Assembly (NCBI GenBank): GCA_022574775.1
Contig: JACZRI010000003.1
Coordinates: 34,308-98,307, forward strand
Length of the DNA: 64,000 bases
Origin: Patescibacteria group bacterium
GTDB taxonomy: Bacteria; Patescibacteriota; Minisyncoccia; Minisyncoccales; RBG-13-36-15
Reading direction: 5' to 3'
Shown here: piece by piece, positions 27,769-37,019 of the stretch
Layout: every line of letters starts with the position of its first letter
Position numbering within the stretch: the stretch's first letter is position 1
The notes under the pieces: generated by a model
What the model was told of the DNA's origin: nothing
What the model saw: only the letters and a program-made list of their open reading frames with translations
The model's database searches: none
Translations under genes and position numbers: made by a program

Positions 27769-29607
27769 ATGGAAGAACGAAAGAACATAATAAATTTCTG
27801 TATTATTAGCCATATAGATCATGGAAAGTCAACTTTATCTGATCGTTTCTTGGAGCTTACAGGCACTGTTTCAAAAAAGAAAATGCGGCCCCAGTATTTG
27901 GATTTAATGGATCTGGAAAGAGAGAAAGGGATTACCATCAAAATGCAGCCAGTAAGGATGTCCTATACCTTAAACGCCAAACCCTATATTCTAAACCTTA
28001 TTGACACGCCGGGTCATGTTGATTTCTCGTATGAAGTTTCAAGATCCTTGGCTGCAGTTGAGGGCGCAATATTATTGGTTGATGCGACAAAGGGAATTCA
28101 GGCGCAGACTATACACAATTTAGAATTGGCGAAAAAACCCCGATACTATTCATCTTCTGCGGAGTTACGGGGCAGGCAAAATTTCGTAATCATTCCAGTT
28201 GTTAATAAGATTGATTCGTTGTATGCGCGAGTTGAAGAAGTAAAGGCGGAAATTTCCCAGGTTTTAAATGTTGAGGAACGGGAAATTTTATCTATTTCAG
28301 CGAAAAACGGCACCAATGTAGAAGAACTTCTCAAAGTTGTGATAGAAAAAATTCCAAAGCATACTGGCAGCGAGGATGCTCCTTTCAAAGCGCTCATTTT
28401 CGACTCTAAATATGATTCCTTCAAAGGAATAATCGCCTACATAAGAATTTTTGAAGGGAAGATTAAAACAGGAGAGCAGATTTATTTAATAGGAGGGAAG
28501 TCAAAGTCTATTGTGAAAGAGGTAGGGTATTTTAAGCCGGGTTTAACCCCGGCTTTAGAGCTTAAAGCCGGGGAGATCGGGTATTTGGCTACTGGCATTA
28601 AGGAGCCTGGAAGGGTAAGAGTGGGAGACACCATTACGAAATTAAATACTGCTGAAATTAAACCATTGCCGGGCTATAAGGAGCCGAAGCCTGTGGTTTT
28701 TGCCAGTTTATATCCTGAAAGCCCAGAGGATTTTGACCTTCTCAAAGAAAGTTTAAACAAATTAGAACTGTCCGACCCTTCTTTTACGTTTGAGCAAGAA
28801 GCAAAAGAGATGCTGGGAAGAGGGTATCTCTGTGGATTTTTAGGTTCGTTGCATGCTGAAATTGTGATTGAGAGGCTTCAAAGAGAATTTGGACTGCATT
28901 TGATAATTTCTCATCCTTCGGTGGTATATAAAATTATTGATAAAAAAGGAAAGGAAGTTTTAGTTTTTTCTCCTATTGATTGGCCCGATGTATCTTCAAT
29001 CCAAAATACTGAGGAACTCTGGGTGAAGTTAGAAATTATTGTTCCCAAAAAATATTTCGGCAAAATCTTCAAGGTTTTAGAAACAACTAAAGGAAAGCAT
29101 ATTGAGAACAAGTTTTTTGGGAAGGAGCAAGTCTTGTTGATTTATGAGGTTCCTTTGCGAGAAATAATAAAAGACTTTTACGACAAACTAAAAGGAGCTA
29201 CAGAGGGCTTTGCCTCAATGAATTATGAAATTTTAGGTTTTCGAAAGGCAGATTTGGTGAAGTTGGATATTTTGATTGCCGGCAAGAAGGAGAAGGCATT
29301 TTCTAAAATTATCCCCAAAGAAAATACTTTTTTGGAAGGCAGAAAGATTGTAAGCAAATTAAAAGAAGTCTTGCCTCCTCAACAATTTGCTTTACCATTG
29401 CAGGCTGTTATCTCCGGGAAAATTATTGCAAGAGAAACACTTTCTGCGAGAAGAAAGGATGTTCTGGCATCTATCTACGGCGGAGATTATACGCGAAAAA
29501 AGAAACTGTTGCAAAGACAAAAAAAAGGCAAGAAGAAACTAAAAGGGAGATCCTTGCCAATTAAGATCCCCCCCAAAGTGTTCTTAGAAATTTTCAAAAG
29601 CTCTTAG
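27769..29607 (+). CDS. lepA: Elongation factor 4 (LepA); carries a 42 nt in-frame palindromic insertion at 28139-28180
   Basis: G-domain motifs HIDHGKST, DTPGH and NKID plus the LepA C-terminal domain. The PRYYSSSAELRGRQ segment is absent from reference LepA between QT..N and NKID. Confidence 0.9.
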   Translation: MEERKNIINFCIISHIDHGKSTLSDRFLELTGTVSKKKMRPQYLDLMDLEREKGITIKMQPVRMSYTLNAKPYILNLIDTPGHVDFSYEVSRSLAAVEGAILLVDATKGIQAQTIHNLELAKKPRYYSSSAELRGRQNFVIIPVVNKIDSLYARVEEVKAEISQVLNVEEREILSISAKNGTNVEELLKVVIEKIPKHTGSEDAPFKALIFDSKYDSFKGIIAYIRIFEGKIKTGEQIYLIGGKSKSIVKEVGYFKPGLTPALELKAGEIGYLATGIKEPGRVRVGDTITKLNTAEIKPLPGYKEPKPVVFASLYPESPEDFDLLKESLNKLELSDPSFTFEQEAKEMLGRGYLCGFLGSLHAEIVIERLQREFGLHLIISHPSVVYKIIDKKGKEVLVFSPIDWPDVSSIQNTEELWVKLEIIVPKKYFGKIFKVLETTKGKHIENKFFGKEQVLLIYEVPLREIIKDFYDKLKGATEGFASMNYEILGFRKADLVKLDILIAGKKEKAFSKIIPKENTFLEGRKIVSKLKEVLPPQQFALPLQAVISGKIIARETLSARRKDVLASIYGGDYTRKKKLLQRQKKGKKKLKGRSLPIKIPPKVFLEIFKSS

Positions 29608-29636
29608 GAGCACAGGGTTCGAACCAGAATTAATTG

Positions 29637-29845
29637 AGCGGAGCGAATTCAGGCAAGATTCGAGGCGCGAGGAGCGATGCGATGCCGAAGTGCATCGTGA
29701 GCGATGAGCAACAAAGAAGCTTGCCTGAATTCGCTCCGCCCGAAGGGAAACTGAAAAATGGCTAATTTCTTTGTTGCTCCTCCTTGAAGTAGTTTCTAAC
29801 TACTCCTTTGTCGTCGCGTCGCGAAATTACCTCATTTTTCAGTTT
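29637..29845. repeat. Interleaved long inverted repeats in the lepA/mscS convergent intergenic region
   Basis: Stem A is 21/22 bp (29637-29657 with 29719-29739). Stem B is 13 bp (29700-29712 with 29767-29779). Stem C is 14 bp (29748-29761 with 29832-29845). Small hairpins GTAGTT-tcta-AACTAC and CGATGC-cgaagt-GCATCG are also present. Confidence 0.6.
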
Positions 29846-29891
29846 CTCAATCTGATTTTGGTTCAAATCCTGCGCTCTTAGTTCAAGATAG

Positions 29892-30734
29892 TTATTTTTT
29901 CCTCAATAAAACTTCAGTGTGAGGATAGGCGAATTCTACATCTTTTAATGACCGTACATTTTTAAATATTTCCTGAGTAATCAAGCTTCTTATTTCTTCT
30001 CTGGAAACAGCTGGAGTAAAATATCGAACTAAAACATCAACTCCAGATGCTTGGAACCAGATTCTCAGATATGGCTCTTTCATATTTTCTACGAAATTTT
30101 TAAGAACTTTTTTTGCAGCAAGACTTGCGATTTCTTTCGCTTTCTTAAGATTTGATTCAAAGGTTATCGCAAATTTCACTTCATCCAGAATAGTTTCGCC
30201 TGTCTTTGTATAATTGATTATATCCTCATCAAATAATTTTGCATTAGGGACTAAAATTATTCTTCCTGAATTTTCCTCAGCAGCTATTGTTCCTCCAATT
30301 TCTCCAATATGAATGTGGGTTAATGTTATATCCACTACATCACCTTTCGTTTGACCAATAATTATTCTATCTCCAATCTCAAAAGGCCGTTTAATAACCA
30401 TCATCAGCCAGGCAGCAATACCAGTAATTGGTCTTTGTAAGGCCCAACCTAGAGCAGCCGTTAAAAAACCTGCGGCTATTCCTATTCCAGCTAAAGAACC
30501 AGCATAAGATAGAAAAGCAAAAATTATTATTAAGAGAAAAATTAAATATTGAGCTGCCCGAAAGAAAATTTCAATATTGGAACGCTCTTTTTTTGTTTTG
30601 ACTCTCCGGAGGAATCCCCTTTTCGCTATTCTAAGAAGAAAATTAAAAAGCCAAAATAAAATTATAAAAGTTAAAACTGATCTCAGAATATTTACAACCA
30701 GTTCCAAATTGAGATTGTTAATAAAATCTGCCAT
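29892..30734 (-). CDS. Mechanosensitive ion channel, MscS family
   Basis: 3 TM helices followed by an MscS beta-domain (GDRIIIGQTKGDVVDITL). Confidence 0.75.
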   Translation of the reverse strand: MADFINNLNLELVVNILRSVLTFIILFWLFNFLLRIAKRGFLRRVKTKKERSNIEIFFRAAQYLIFLLIIIFAFLSYAGSLAGIGIAAGFLTAALGWALQRPITGIAAWLMMVIKRPFEIGDRIIIGQTKGDVVDITLTHIHIGEIGGTIAAEENSGRIILVPNAKLFDEDIINYTKTGETILDEVKFAITFESNLKKAKEIASLAAKKVLKNFVENMKEPYLRIWFQASGVDVLVRYFTPAVSREEIRSLITQEIFKNVRSLKDVEFAYPHTEVLLRKK

Positions 30735-30875
30735 TTTACTTTTTATATTCTTTTGCTAAAATCAATACGGAAGAAGAAAGAGAACCAGACTCAAAATTAT
30801 AATTACAACAAGAATAAGCCAGACTATTTTAAAAATTGGAATTTTCTTCATTGCTATATTGTACCAAAAATAACA

Positions 30876-31283
30876 ATGTTTAAAAAGAGCAAGCTTTCTT
30901 CATCTTTCAGAAGGAAAAAAGAAACTACTTTTTTCAAATCTATTCTTACTCCTATTCTTTCAGGGTTGATGATTTTTGCAGTAATCGGTTTTTTGGTTAT
31001 TACAAATTTTGAGCGGAATAAAAAAAGATCAGAACTTAATTTAAGGATTGAAAATTTGAAAAATGAAATAGAAATTTTAGAAAGAAAAAAGCAGGAGTTA
31101 TCAGCCGGCATCTCTCAAATCTCCACAGAGGAGTATTTAGAAAAAGAAGCCAGAGAAAAATTTAACCTGAAAAAACCAGGAGAGGAGTTAGTGGTAATTT
31201 TGTCTTCGGAGGAAAGCGAGGAAGAAGTGCCTGAAAAAAAGGAAGGCTTTTGGCAAAGATTTTTAGAAAAAATCGGTTTCTAA
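30876..31283 (+). CDS. ftsB: Cell-division protein FtsB/DivIC-like (septum formation initiator)
   Basis: A single TM helix, a coiled coil, and EEYLEKEAREKFNLKKPGEELVVI. Confidence 0.55.
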   Translation: MFKKSKLSSSFRRKKETTFFKSILTPILSGLMIFAVIGFLVITNFERNKKRSELNLRIENLKNEIEILERKKQELSAGISQISTEEYLEKEAREKFNLKKPGEELVVILSSEESEEEVPEKKEGFWQRFLEKIGF

Positions 31284-31285
31284 GT

Positions 31286-31356
31286 GCGGGATTAGTTGAG
31301 CGGTTCAACGTGACCTTCCCAAGGTTAAAACGCGGGTTCGACTCCCGTATCCCGCT
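31286..31356 (+). tRNA. tRNA-Gly (anticodon CCC); CCA not encoded
   Basis: Manual cloverleaf: acceptor GCGGGAT/ATCCCGC, D-stem GTTG/CAAC, anticodon stem TGACC/GGTTA with loop TTCCCAA, T-loop TTCGACT. Confidence 0.85.
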
Positions 31357-31370
31357 TAAGAAACTGATAT

Positions 31371-31442
31371 GCCAGTGTAGCTCAGCGGCAGAGCAGGGCT
31401 TTCGTAAAGCTCAGGTCGTCGGTTCGAGTCCGACCGCTGGCT
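31371..31442 (+). tRNA. tRNA-Thr (anticodon CGT); CCA not encoded
   Basis: Acceptor GCCAGTG/CGCTGGC, D-stem GCTC/GAGC, anticodon loop TTCGTAA, T-loop TTCGAGT. Confidence 0.85.
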
Positions 31443-31488
31443 CAATACAAAGATTGATTTTTAATACATTTCGTGTTAAAATAAAAAA

Positions 31489-32584
31489 ATGGAGAATCTT
31501 TTAGAAAAAATCGGCGAATTGTACAAAAAAATCCTTCATCTGGAGGACTGTCTTTGACTTAGCTAAAAAAAGAGATAGAATCGAGGCATTAGAGAAAGAG
31601 ACCCAAGAGTCTGATTTCTGGTCTGATAAAGGAAATGCAGTAAAAATAAGTCAGGAGTTAGCTGGCTTAAAGGGAGAGGTAGAAAAAATTGATGGTTTAA
31701 AAAAAGAATTAGAGCGCTTGAACTTATTGGTGAAAAAGGATAAGGATAAGGATCTGGATTTTACTAAAGACTTTCAAAGCCTGGAAAGAAAGATTAAAAG
31801 CGAGGAAATAATCAGTTTTTTTTCCGGGAGATATGATAAGAATTCAGCCACTTTATCAATTTTTGCCGGGGCTGGCGGGCAAGACAGCCAGGATTTCGCA
31901 ACTATGCTGCTTCGGATGTATGAAAGATACTGTCAGAGGAAAGGATTTGGAACAAAAATTTTACATCAATCATTTGGAGAAGGAGGAGGGCCGGAAGGAA
32001 GAATTGGAATAAAATCTGTTACTTTGGAAATTGAAGGGACTTTCGCTTTCGGGTTTTTAAAAAAAGAGTCAGGAGTGCACAGACTGGTGAGAATTTCTCC
32101 TTTTTCTACGAAAAAGCTTCGCCATACCTCTTTTGCCTTAGTTGAAGTTTTACCGGAGATAGGAAAAGAAGTAGAGGATGAAATAGAGATCAGACCTGAA
32201 GATTTAAGAACTGATTTTTATCGAGCTTCCGGCCCTGGCGGACAGCATGTCAACAAACGGGAAACTGCAGTTAGAATCACCCACTTGCCGACTGGAATTG
32301 TTGTTTCTTGCCAGTTAGAAAGACTGCAGGGAAAAAATCGGGAAAGAGCAATGAAGCAGCTGTATGCAAAACTTTATCAGTTAAAGGGAGAGGAACAGCA
32401 AAAAGAATTATCCAAAATAAAAGGGAAAGCGGTTTCTGCAAGCTGGGGAAATCAGATTAGATCTTATGTGCTGCATCCTTATAAACTGGTAAAAGACTTA
32501 AGAACGAATATAGAGACTTCCAATGTTGAGAGAATTTTCGATGGTTACTTGGACGAATTCATAGAAGCGGAGATAAAGACATGA
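31489..32584 (+). CDS. prfB: Peptide chain release factor 2 with a programmed +1 frameshift at CTT TGA C (31552-31558)
   Basis: The frame-0 peptide MENLLEKIGELYKKILHLEDCL ends at an in-frame TGA that is preceded by SD-like GGAGG. The +1 frame continues DLAKKRDRIEALE... through SGPGGQHVN and the RF2 domains. Confidence 0.85.
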
Positions 32585-33261
32585 TTAAGTTTCAAAACAT
32601 TACCAAAATCTATAATCATAACACCACCGCAGTTGATGATGTTTCTTTTGAGATAGACGGAAAAGAATTCGTCTCAATTGTTGGCCGTTCAGGGGCGGGA
32701 AAGACGACTTTACTTAAATTACTTTTGGCTGAAGAGAAACCAACGCGGGGGAAAATTTTTTTGGATAACCAAAATGTCCATAAAATAAAACCGGAAGAAC
32801 TTCCCCGACTAAGAAGGAGAATCGGAGTAATTTTCCAGGATTATAGGCTTTTGTCTTCAAAAAACGTTTATGAGAATGTAGCTTATGTCTTGGAAGTGAT
32901 AGGAGCGTCAGACCTTGAGATTTCACGGGACGTTCCCCAAGTTCTGGAGATTGTCGAACTGGCAGATAAGGCCCAGAATTTTTCTAAAGAACTTTCAGGG
33001 GGGGAGCGCCAGCGGGTAGCTATTGCGAGGGCTTTAATCCCAAGACCGGAAATTATTTTAGCTGATGAGCCGACAGGCAACCTAGATCCTTACCACACGA
33101 GGGAAGTTATGAACCTTTTATCAAGAATTAACGAGATGGGAACGACAATTATTTTAGCTACTCATAACAAAGAAGTGATTAATAATTTAGGAAAAAGAGT
33201 AATCACCCTTGAAAAAGGCAGATTAGTGAGAGACGACGAAAAGGGTAGATTTATACTTTAG
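32581..33261 (+). CDS. ftsE: Cell division ABC transporter ATP-binding protein FtsE
   Basis: Walker A GRSGAGKTT, the ABC signature LSGGERQR, and ftsX follows it. Confidence 0.85.
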   Translation: MIKFQNITKIYNHNTTAVDDVSFEIDGKEFVSIVGRSGAGKTTLLKLLLAEEKPTRGKIFLDNQNVHKIKPEELPRLRRRIGVIFQDYRLLSSKNVYENVAYVLEVIGASDLEISRDVPQVLEIVELADKAQNFSKELSGGERQRVAIARALIPRPEIILADEPTGNLDPYHTREVMNLLSRINEMGTTIILATHNKEVINNLGKRVITLEKGRLVRDDEKGRFIL

Positions 33262-33264
33262 ATT

Positions 33265-34173
33265 ATGTTAGTTGCGTTAAAAAGAATAATTCATTCTGGT
33301 TGGTTGAGTTTTAGAAGGCAAACAGCTTTATCTTTTGCGACGGTTTCCATTATGATGATGGCCATCTTTTTAATAACTTCTCTTTTTCTTTTGCAGGGAA
33401 TGACGAAATTTTTGATTGCTGATCTGCAAGATAAAGTTGATATTTCAGTTTATTTTAAAAAAGATTCTTCTGAAGAAGACATCTTAAGGGTAAAAGCTGA
33501 ATTATCTGAAAATCCAGAGATTAAAAATGTTGCTTATGTATCAAGGGAAGAGGCATTGGAAAAATTCATTGAAAGGCACAAAGAAGACCAAATTTTAATA
33601 GAATCTTTAGCTGAAGTTGGGGAAAACCCTTTGTTGGCTTCTTTGAATATTAAGGCTTGGCAGGCGAGTCAATATACGGCAATATCAATTTTTTTAGAGA
33701 AAGGGCCTTACCAAGAGCTTATTGAGAAGGTAGATTATTACCGGAATAAAGAAGTTATTGGGAGAATTTTTGAAATTTCTTCAAATATTAACTTAGCAGG
33801 TATTATTTTCAGTCTTATCTTAGGGTTTATTGCTATCGTAGTTGCTTTTAATACTACAAGATTGGCAATTTATAATTCCAGAGAAGAAATTTCCATAATG
33901 AGGCTTGTAGGAGCTTCTAGTTGGTTCGTGCGAGGGCCATTTATCGTTCAAGGAGTAATTGTTGGGGTGATTGCCACTCTTCTTACCGTTTTGGTTTTCA
34001 CTATCGGTGTTTTCTTTTTTAGTTCAAGAATTGATCTTTTCATCCCTGGTTTTAGTCTCTTTGGGTATTTCAAAGCGCATTTCTTTACCTTGCTTTTCAT
34101 CCAGCTTGCAACGGGTGTGGGTCTGGGGGTAATATCTAGCTGGATCGCAGTAAGGAAGTATTTGAAAGTATAA
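33265..34173 (+). CDS. ftsX: Cell division permease FtsX
   Basis: TM1, a periplasmic domain and 3 TM helices in the FtsX topology, directly downstream of ftsE. Confidence 0.8.
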   Translation: MLVALKRIIHSGWLSFRRQTALSFATVSIMMMAIFLITSLFLLQGMTKFLIADLQDKVDISVYFKKDSSEEDILRVKAELSENPEIKNVAYVSREEALEKFIERHKEDQILIESLAEVGENPLLASLNIKAWQASQYTAISIFLEKGPYQELIEKVDYYRNKEVIGRIFEISSNINLAGIIFSLILGFIAIVVAFNTTRLAIYNSREEISIMRLVGASSWFVRGPFIVQGVIVGVIATLLTVLVFTIGVFFFSSRIDLFIPGFSLFGYFKAHFFTLLFIQLATGVGLGVISSWIAVRKYLKV

Positions 34174-34259
34174 TATCCACCTCTTCGGCGGATGCACCGA
34201 TGAGGTGCATTGCGAGGTCGTCTAATGGCCCCGTGTACTATAAAAATTATATTTAGAGC

Positions 34260-34330
34260 TGGGAGGTCATCTAATGGTAGGATGCAGGCCTCTGGAGCCT
34301 GGCATGATGGTTCGAGTCCATCCCTCCCAG
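34260..34330 (+). tRNA. tRNA-Gln (anticodon CTG); CCA not encoded
   Basis: Acceptor TGGGAGG/CCTCCCA, anticodon stem CAGGC/GCCTG with loop CTCTGGA, T-arm GATGG-TTCGAGT-CCATC. Confidence 0.75.
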
Positions 34331-34446
34331 CTGTGGATATAATTTTAGTACGGGGTAAATAGGACTTGGTTCGCCTGCCCCGCTGTGCCTCCCCAGTAAC
34401 CTTGAGCATAGTTCGAGAGACCGAGAGGTGTTATTTACGAATTCTA

Positions 34447-34470
34447 AAATCGCCAAGAAGGCGGTTTTTT
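34447..34470 (+). terminator. Rho-independent terminator (member of a repeated terminator module)
   Basis: CGCCaagaaGGCG hairpin followed by T6. The same roughly 50 nt module recurs at 40872-40922, and its core at 46483-46508 and 44072-44128. Confidence 0.6.
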
Positions 34471-34547
34471 ATATTAAGATAGAATAATTAGAATCTCTGT
34501 GGAAAAATACACTTGACGCCAATTTCATATGAAATATAATTCATACT

Positions 34548-34850
34548 ATGAAGAGGACTATTCGTGAACCATACAAAATATTTTTTGAGACACTCGGGAA
34601 TAAAACGAGGTGGGATATTATCCATTTGCTTCAAAAAGGAAAACTTAATGTAACTGCTATTGTAAAAACTCTTGGCTATGAACAGAGTCTCATCTCTCAT
34701 CACTTAGGGCGGCTTGAAAGATGTGGTTTTGTAGGTGTTGAAATAAATAAGAAAGAACGCATTTATACCTTAAACAAAAAAACAATTAAGCCTCTTTTGA
34801 AACTTATGGACAAACATATAAACAGGTATTGTAAGAATCTTTGCCGATAA
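34548..34850 (+). CDS. ArsR/SmtB-family transcriptional regulator
   Basis: HTH segment TRWDIIHLLQKGKLNVTAIVKTLGYEQSLISHHLGRLERCGFV. Confidence 0.7.
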   Translation: MKRTIREPYKIFFETLGNKTRWDIIHLLQKGKLNVTAIVKTLGYEQSLISHHLGRLERCGFVGVEINKKERIYTLNKKTIKPLLKLMDKHINRYCKNLCR

Positions 34851-34854
34851 GTTA

Positions 34855-35829
34855 ATGGAGAGCGACCAACAAAAATCAAAACTTCTTCTCGCTCTAATCG
34901 GTTTTATTCTTTTGGTAATTATCATTGCCGGCCTTTTCTTTTTAGCATTAAGTACGGCAGGGGCGACAAGCTTAGTTCTTTCTTACGTTGCTGGCCTTTC
35001 AATGATTTTCTTGCCCTGCACCCTTCCTCTAGCATTTATCATTGTACCCTTAACAATGGGGCAAAAGCCAAAAAAAGGATTGATAATGGCGCTTCTTTTT
35101 GGCCTTGGCATCTCGATTACCTTAGCGTTCTATGGAGTTCTTACTGCAAGCGTCGGCTCATTTCTTGGAGTGGATAAGGCGACCCGCATTATGTTTACTA
35201 TAGCAGGATTTGCCGCACTCATTTTTGGTCTTTCAGAACTGAAGCTTATTAACTTTACCATGCCGGGGTTTTCTGGAGCCATGCCCTCTTGGATTCAACA
35301 AAGAAAAGATTATACCAAAATCTTTTTTATAGGTTTGTTTCTTGGCAATGCTGGTGTAGGGTGTCCCAACCCGGCATTCTATGTCTTGCTCACCTATATT
35401 GCATCAGTCGGCAATGTAATTACAGGCGGCTGGCTTGCTTTTATTCATGGTGTAGGGAGAGCAACACCTCTTGTTTTCCTTGCCATTTTAGGACTCCTTG
35501 GTATTAATTCTTTGAAATGGATTACCGAGAGGAAGGCATCGGTAGACAAAATTATGGGCTGGGGACTGGTGGGAGTAGGGTCGTTTATCTTGACCTACGG
35601 CATTATGGGAATGAATTGGTGGGAAGACGGCCCTATTCATAAAGCATGGAATGATTTTGTGTTCCGTATTGCGCCAAATCTTGCAGAACTTGAAGGGCAT
35701 GATCTTTTGGTACCGAGAGGATTTGTTGATGCTCCACTATGGGCTGGCTGGGCTTTCTTCTTGGGATTAGTAACACTGAGTATTGTTTGGTACAAGATGA
35801 GAAAAAAGACTGACCAAAACACCGTATGA
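34855..35829 (+). CDS. CcdA/DsbD-like thiol-disulfide transporter membrane protein
   Basis: Cys motifs inside TM helices (LPCTLPLAF and GVGCPNPA) follow the C-x-x-P pattern of CcdA/DsbD. It is a paralog of the gene at 38348-39502. Confidence 0.45.
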   Translation: MESDQQKSKLLLALIGFILLVIIIAGLFFLALSTAGATSLVLSYVAGLSMIFLPCTLPLAFIIVPLTMGQKPKKGLIMALLFGLGISITLAFYGVLTASVGSFLGVDKATRIMFTIAGFAALIFGLSELKLINFTMPGFSGAMPSWIQQRKDYTKIFFIGLFLGNAGVGCPNPAFYVLLTYIASVGNVITGGWLAFIHGVGRATPLVFLAILGLLGINSLKWITERKASVDKIMGWGLVGVGSFILTYGIMGMNWWEDGPIHKAWNDFVFRIAPNLAELEGHDLLVPRGFVDAPLWAGWAFFLGLVTLSIVWYKMRKKTDQNTV

Positions 35830-36080
35830 CATATTCTCCATCAACAAAGACGACATATATCCTTTGGGTTGTTGCCGGAATTGCAGTGTTCGCGCTTATT
35901 ATCATCCTTGGCTTCATATTTTACGGTTTTGTAGTACCGCAGGCGCAAGCCGTAAGCCAATTTGGTACTTTTGTGGTGCTCGGTTTCGTTTTTATAGCAG
36001 GGGTCGCTGCTTTCTTTTCTCTCTGTCCTTTTGCGGTATATTGCCTATTATCTCAACACGGAGACAGAAGAGCACAGTGA
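35826..36080 (+). CDS. Small 2-TM membrane protein
   Basis: Two hydrophobic helices; overlaps the stop of the upstream gene. Confidence 0.35.
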   Translation: MTYSPSTKTTYILWVVAGIAVFALIIILGFIFYGFVVPQAQAVSQFGTFVVLGFVFIAGVAAFFSLCPFAVYCLLSQHGDRRAQ

Positions 36081-36440
36081 AAATAAAACCAGCGAGAATA
36101 GAGCTAAATTGAGACACGCCTCAAACCGTTTAATTTCCCCTTGAAACCCAGGTTCTAGACCGAGGATGCCAGCCAGATACTCCGTATTATAATTTTCCTT
36201 TTATTTTTGAGATATTTTATTAGATTTATGGGTTCAGCACGGATAATTTTTTGGTCTTTTACCCAGAATCCATCCCAGAAAAAGCTAAGGTCAAAAACTT
36301 ACGCAGAACTCCTTGTCAGTTTTTATTTAATATCGCCATCACAATAAACGAAACAAATACCATAATTGGTAAATATTCTTCGATTAAATTTTGAATCTTA
36401 TAAATCATAGAATTAAAAGAATTTAAATCAAATTACCTTT

Positions 36441-37019
36441 ATGATATTTCAACAGATGCTGATGGGAGATATGCAAAACTTCACCTACATAATAGGCGAT
36501 GAGAAGGATAAGGTAGCTGCGGTTGTAGATGCCGGTGAGGATACTAATGAGATAATCAAAGCCGTAGAAAGTAAGGGCTTGAAGGTAATCTATGTTATCA
36601 GTACCCACTCTCACTTTGACCACGTTTGGGGCAATGAAAGTTTAGCTGGTAAGATCGGCGCTAAGATTATTGCACACAAGAATTTTCCTCATAGGAAGGA
36701 TGTTGGTGTGGATGAGGGTAATGTCATTGATGTAGGTAGTATTAAGATCAAAGTACTATATACTCCCGGTCATACTGAAGATGCTATTTGCCTTCTGGTT
36801 GATGGTAAGCTTATTACTGGTGATGTCCTTTTTGTTGGTAATTGTGGTAGGACTGATCTTCCTGGTGGTGATGTTGATAAGATGAGGGATAGTCTTAAGA
36901 GATTGATGGAATTGGATGATGGTATAGAAGTTTGGCCTGGGCATGATTATGCTGATAGGAAGTATTCTACTATTGGTAATGAGAAAAGGAGTAATGTTTG
37001 TTTTAAGGAGATTATTTGA
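36441..37019 (+). CDS. MBL-fold metallo-hydrolase (glyoxalase II / persulfide dioxygenase-like)
   Basis: THSHFDHVWG (HxHxDH) motif. Confidence 0.7.
   Translation: MIFQQMLMGDMQNFTYIIGDEKDKVAAVVDAGEDTNEIIKAVESKGLKVIYVISTHSHFDHVWGNESLAGKIGAKIIAHKNFPHRKDVGVDEGNVIDVGSIKIKVLYTPGHTEDAICLLVDGKLITGDVLFVGNCGRTDLPGGDVDKMRDSLKRLMELDDGIEVWPGHDYADRKYSTIGNEKRSNVCFKEII

Noticed and set aside
29610-29660. GGTTCGAACC, a tRNA T-loop-like sequence after lepA, suggesting a tRNA or tmRNA
   Set aside because: No acceptor, D or anticodon arms could be built on either strand. GGTTCGAACC is itself a palindrome, and the region is better explained by nested inverted repeats.
31250-31504. An 84 aa plus-strand ORF spanning the tRNA-Gly and tRNA-Thr genes
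   Set aside because: It overlaps two well-formed tRNA cloverleaves and the prfB leader, so it is spurious.
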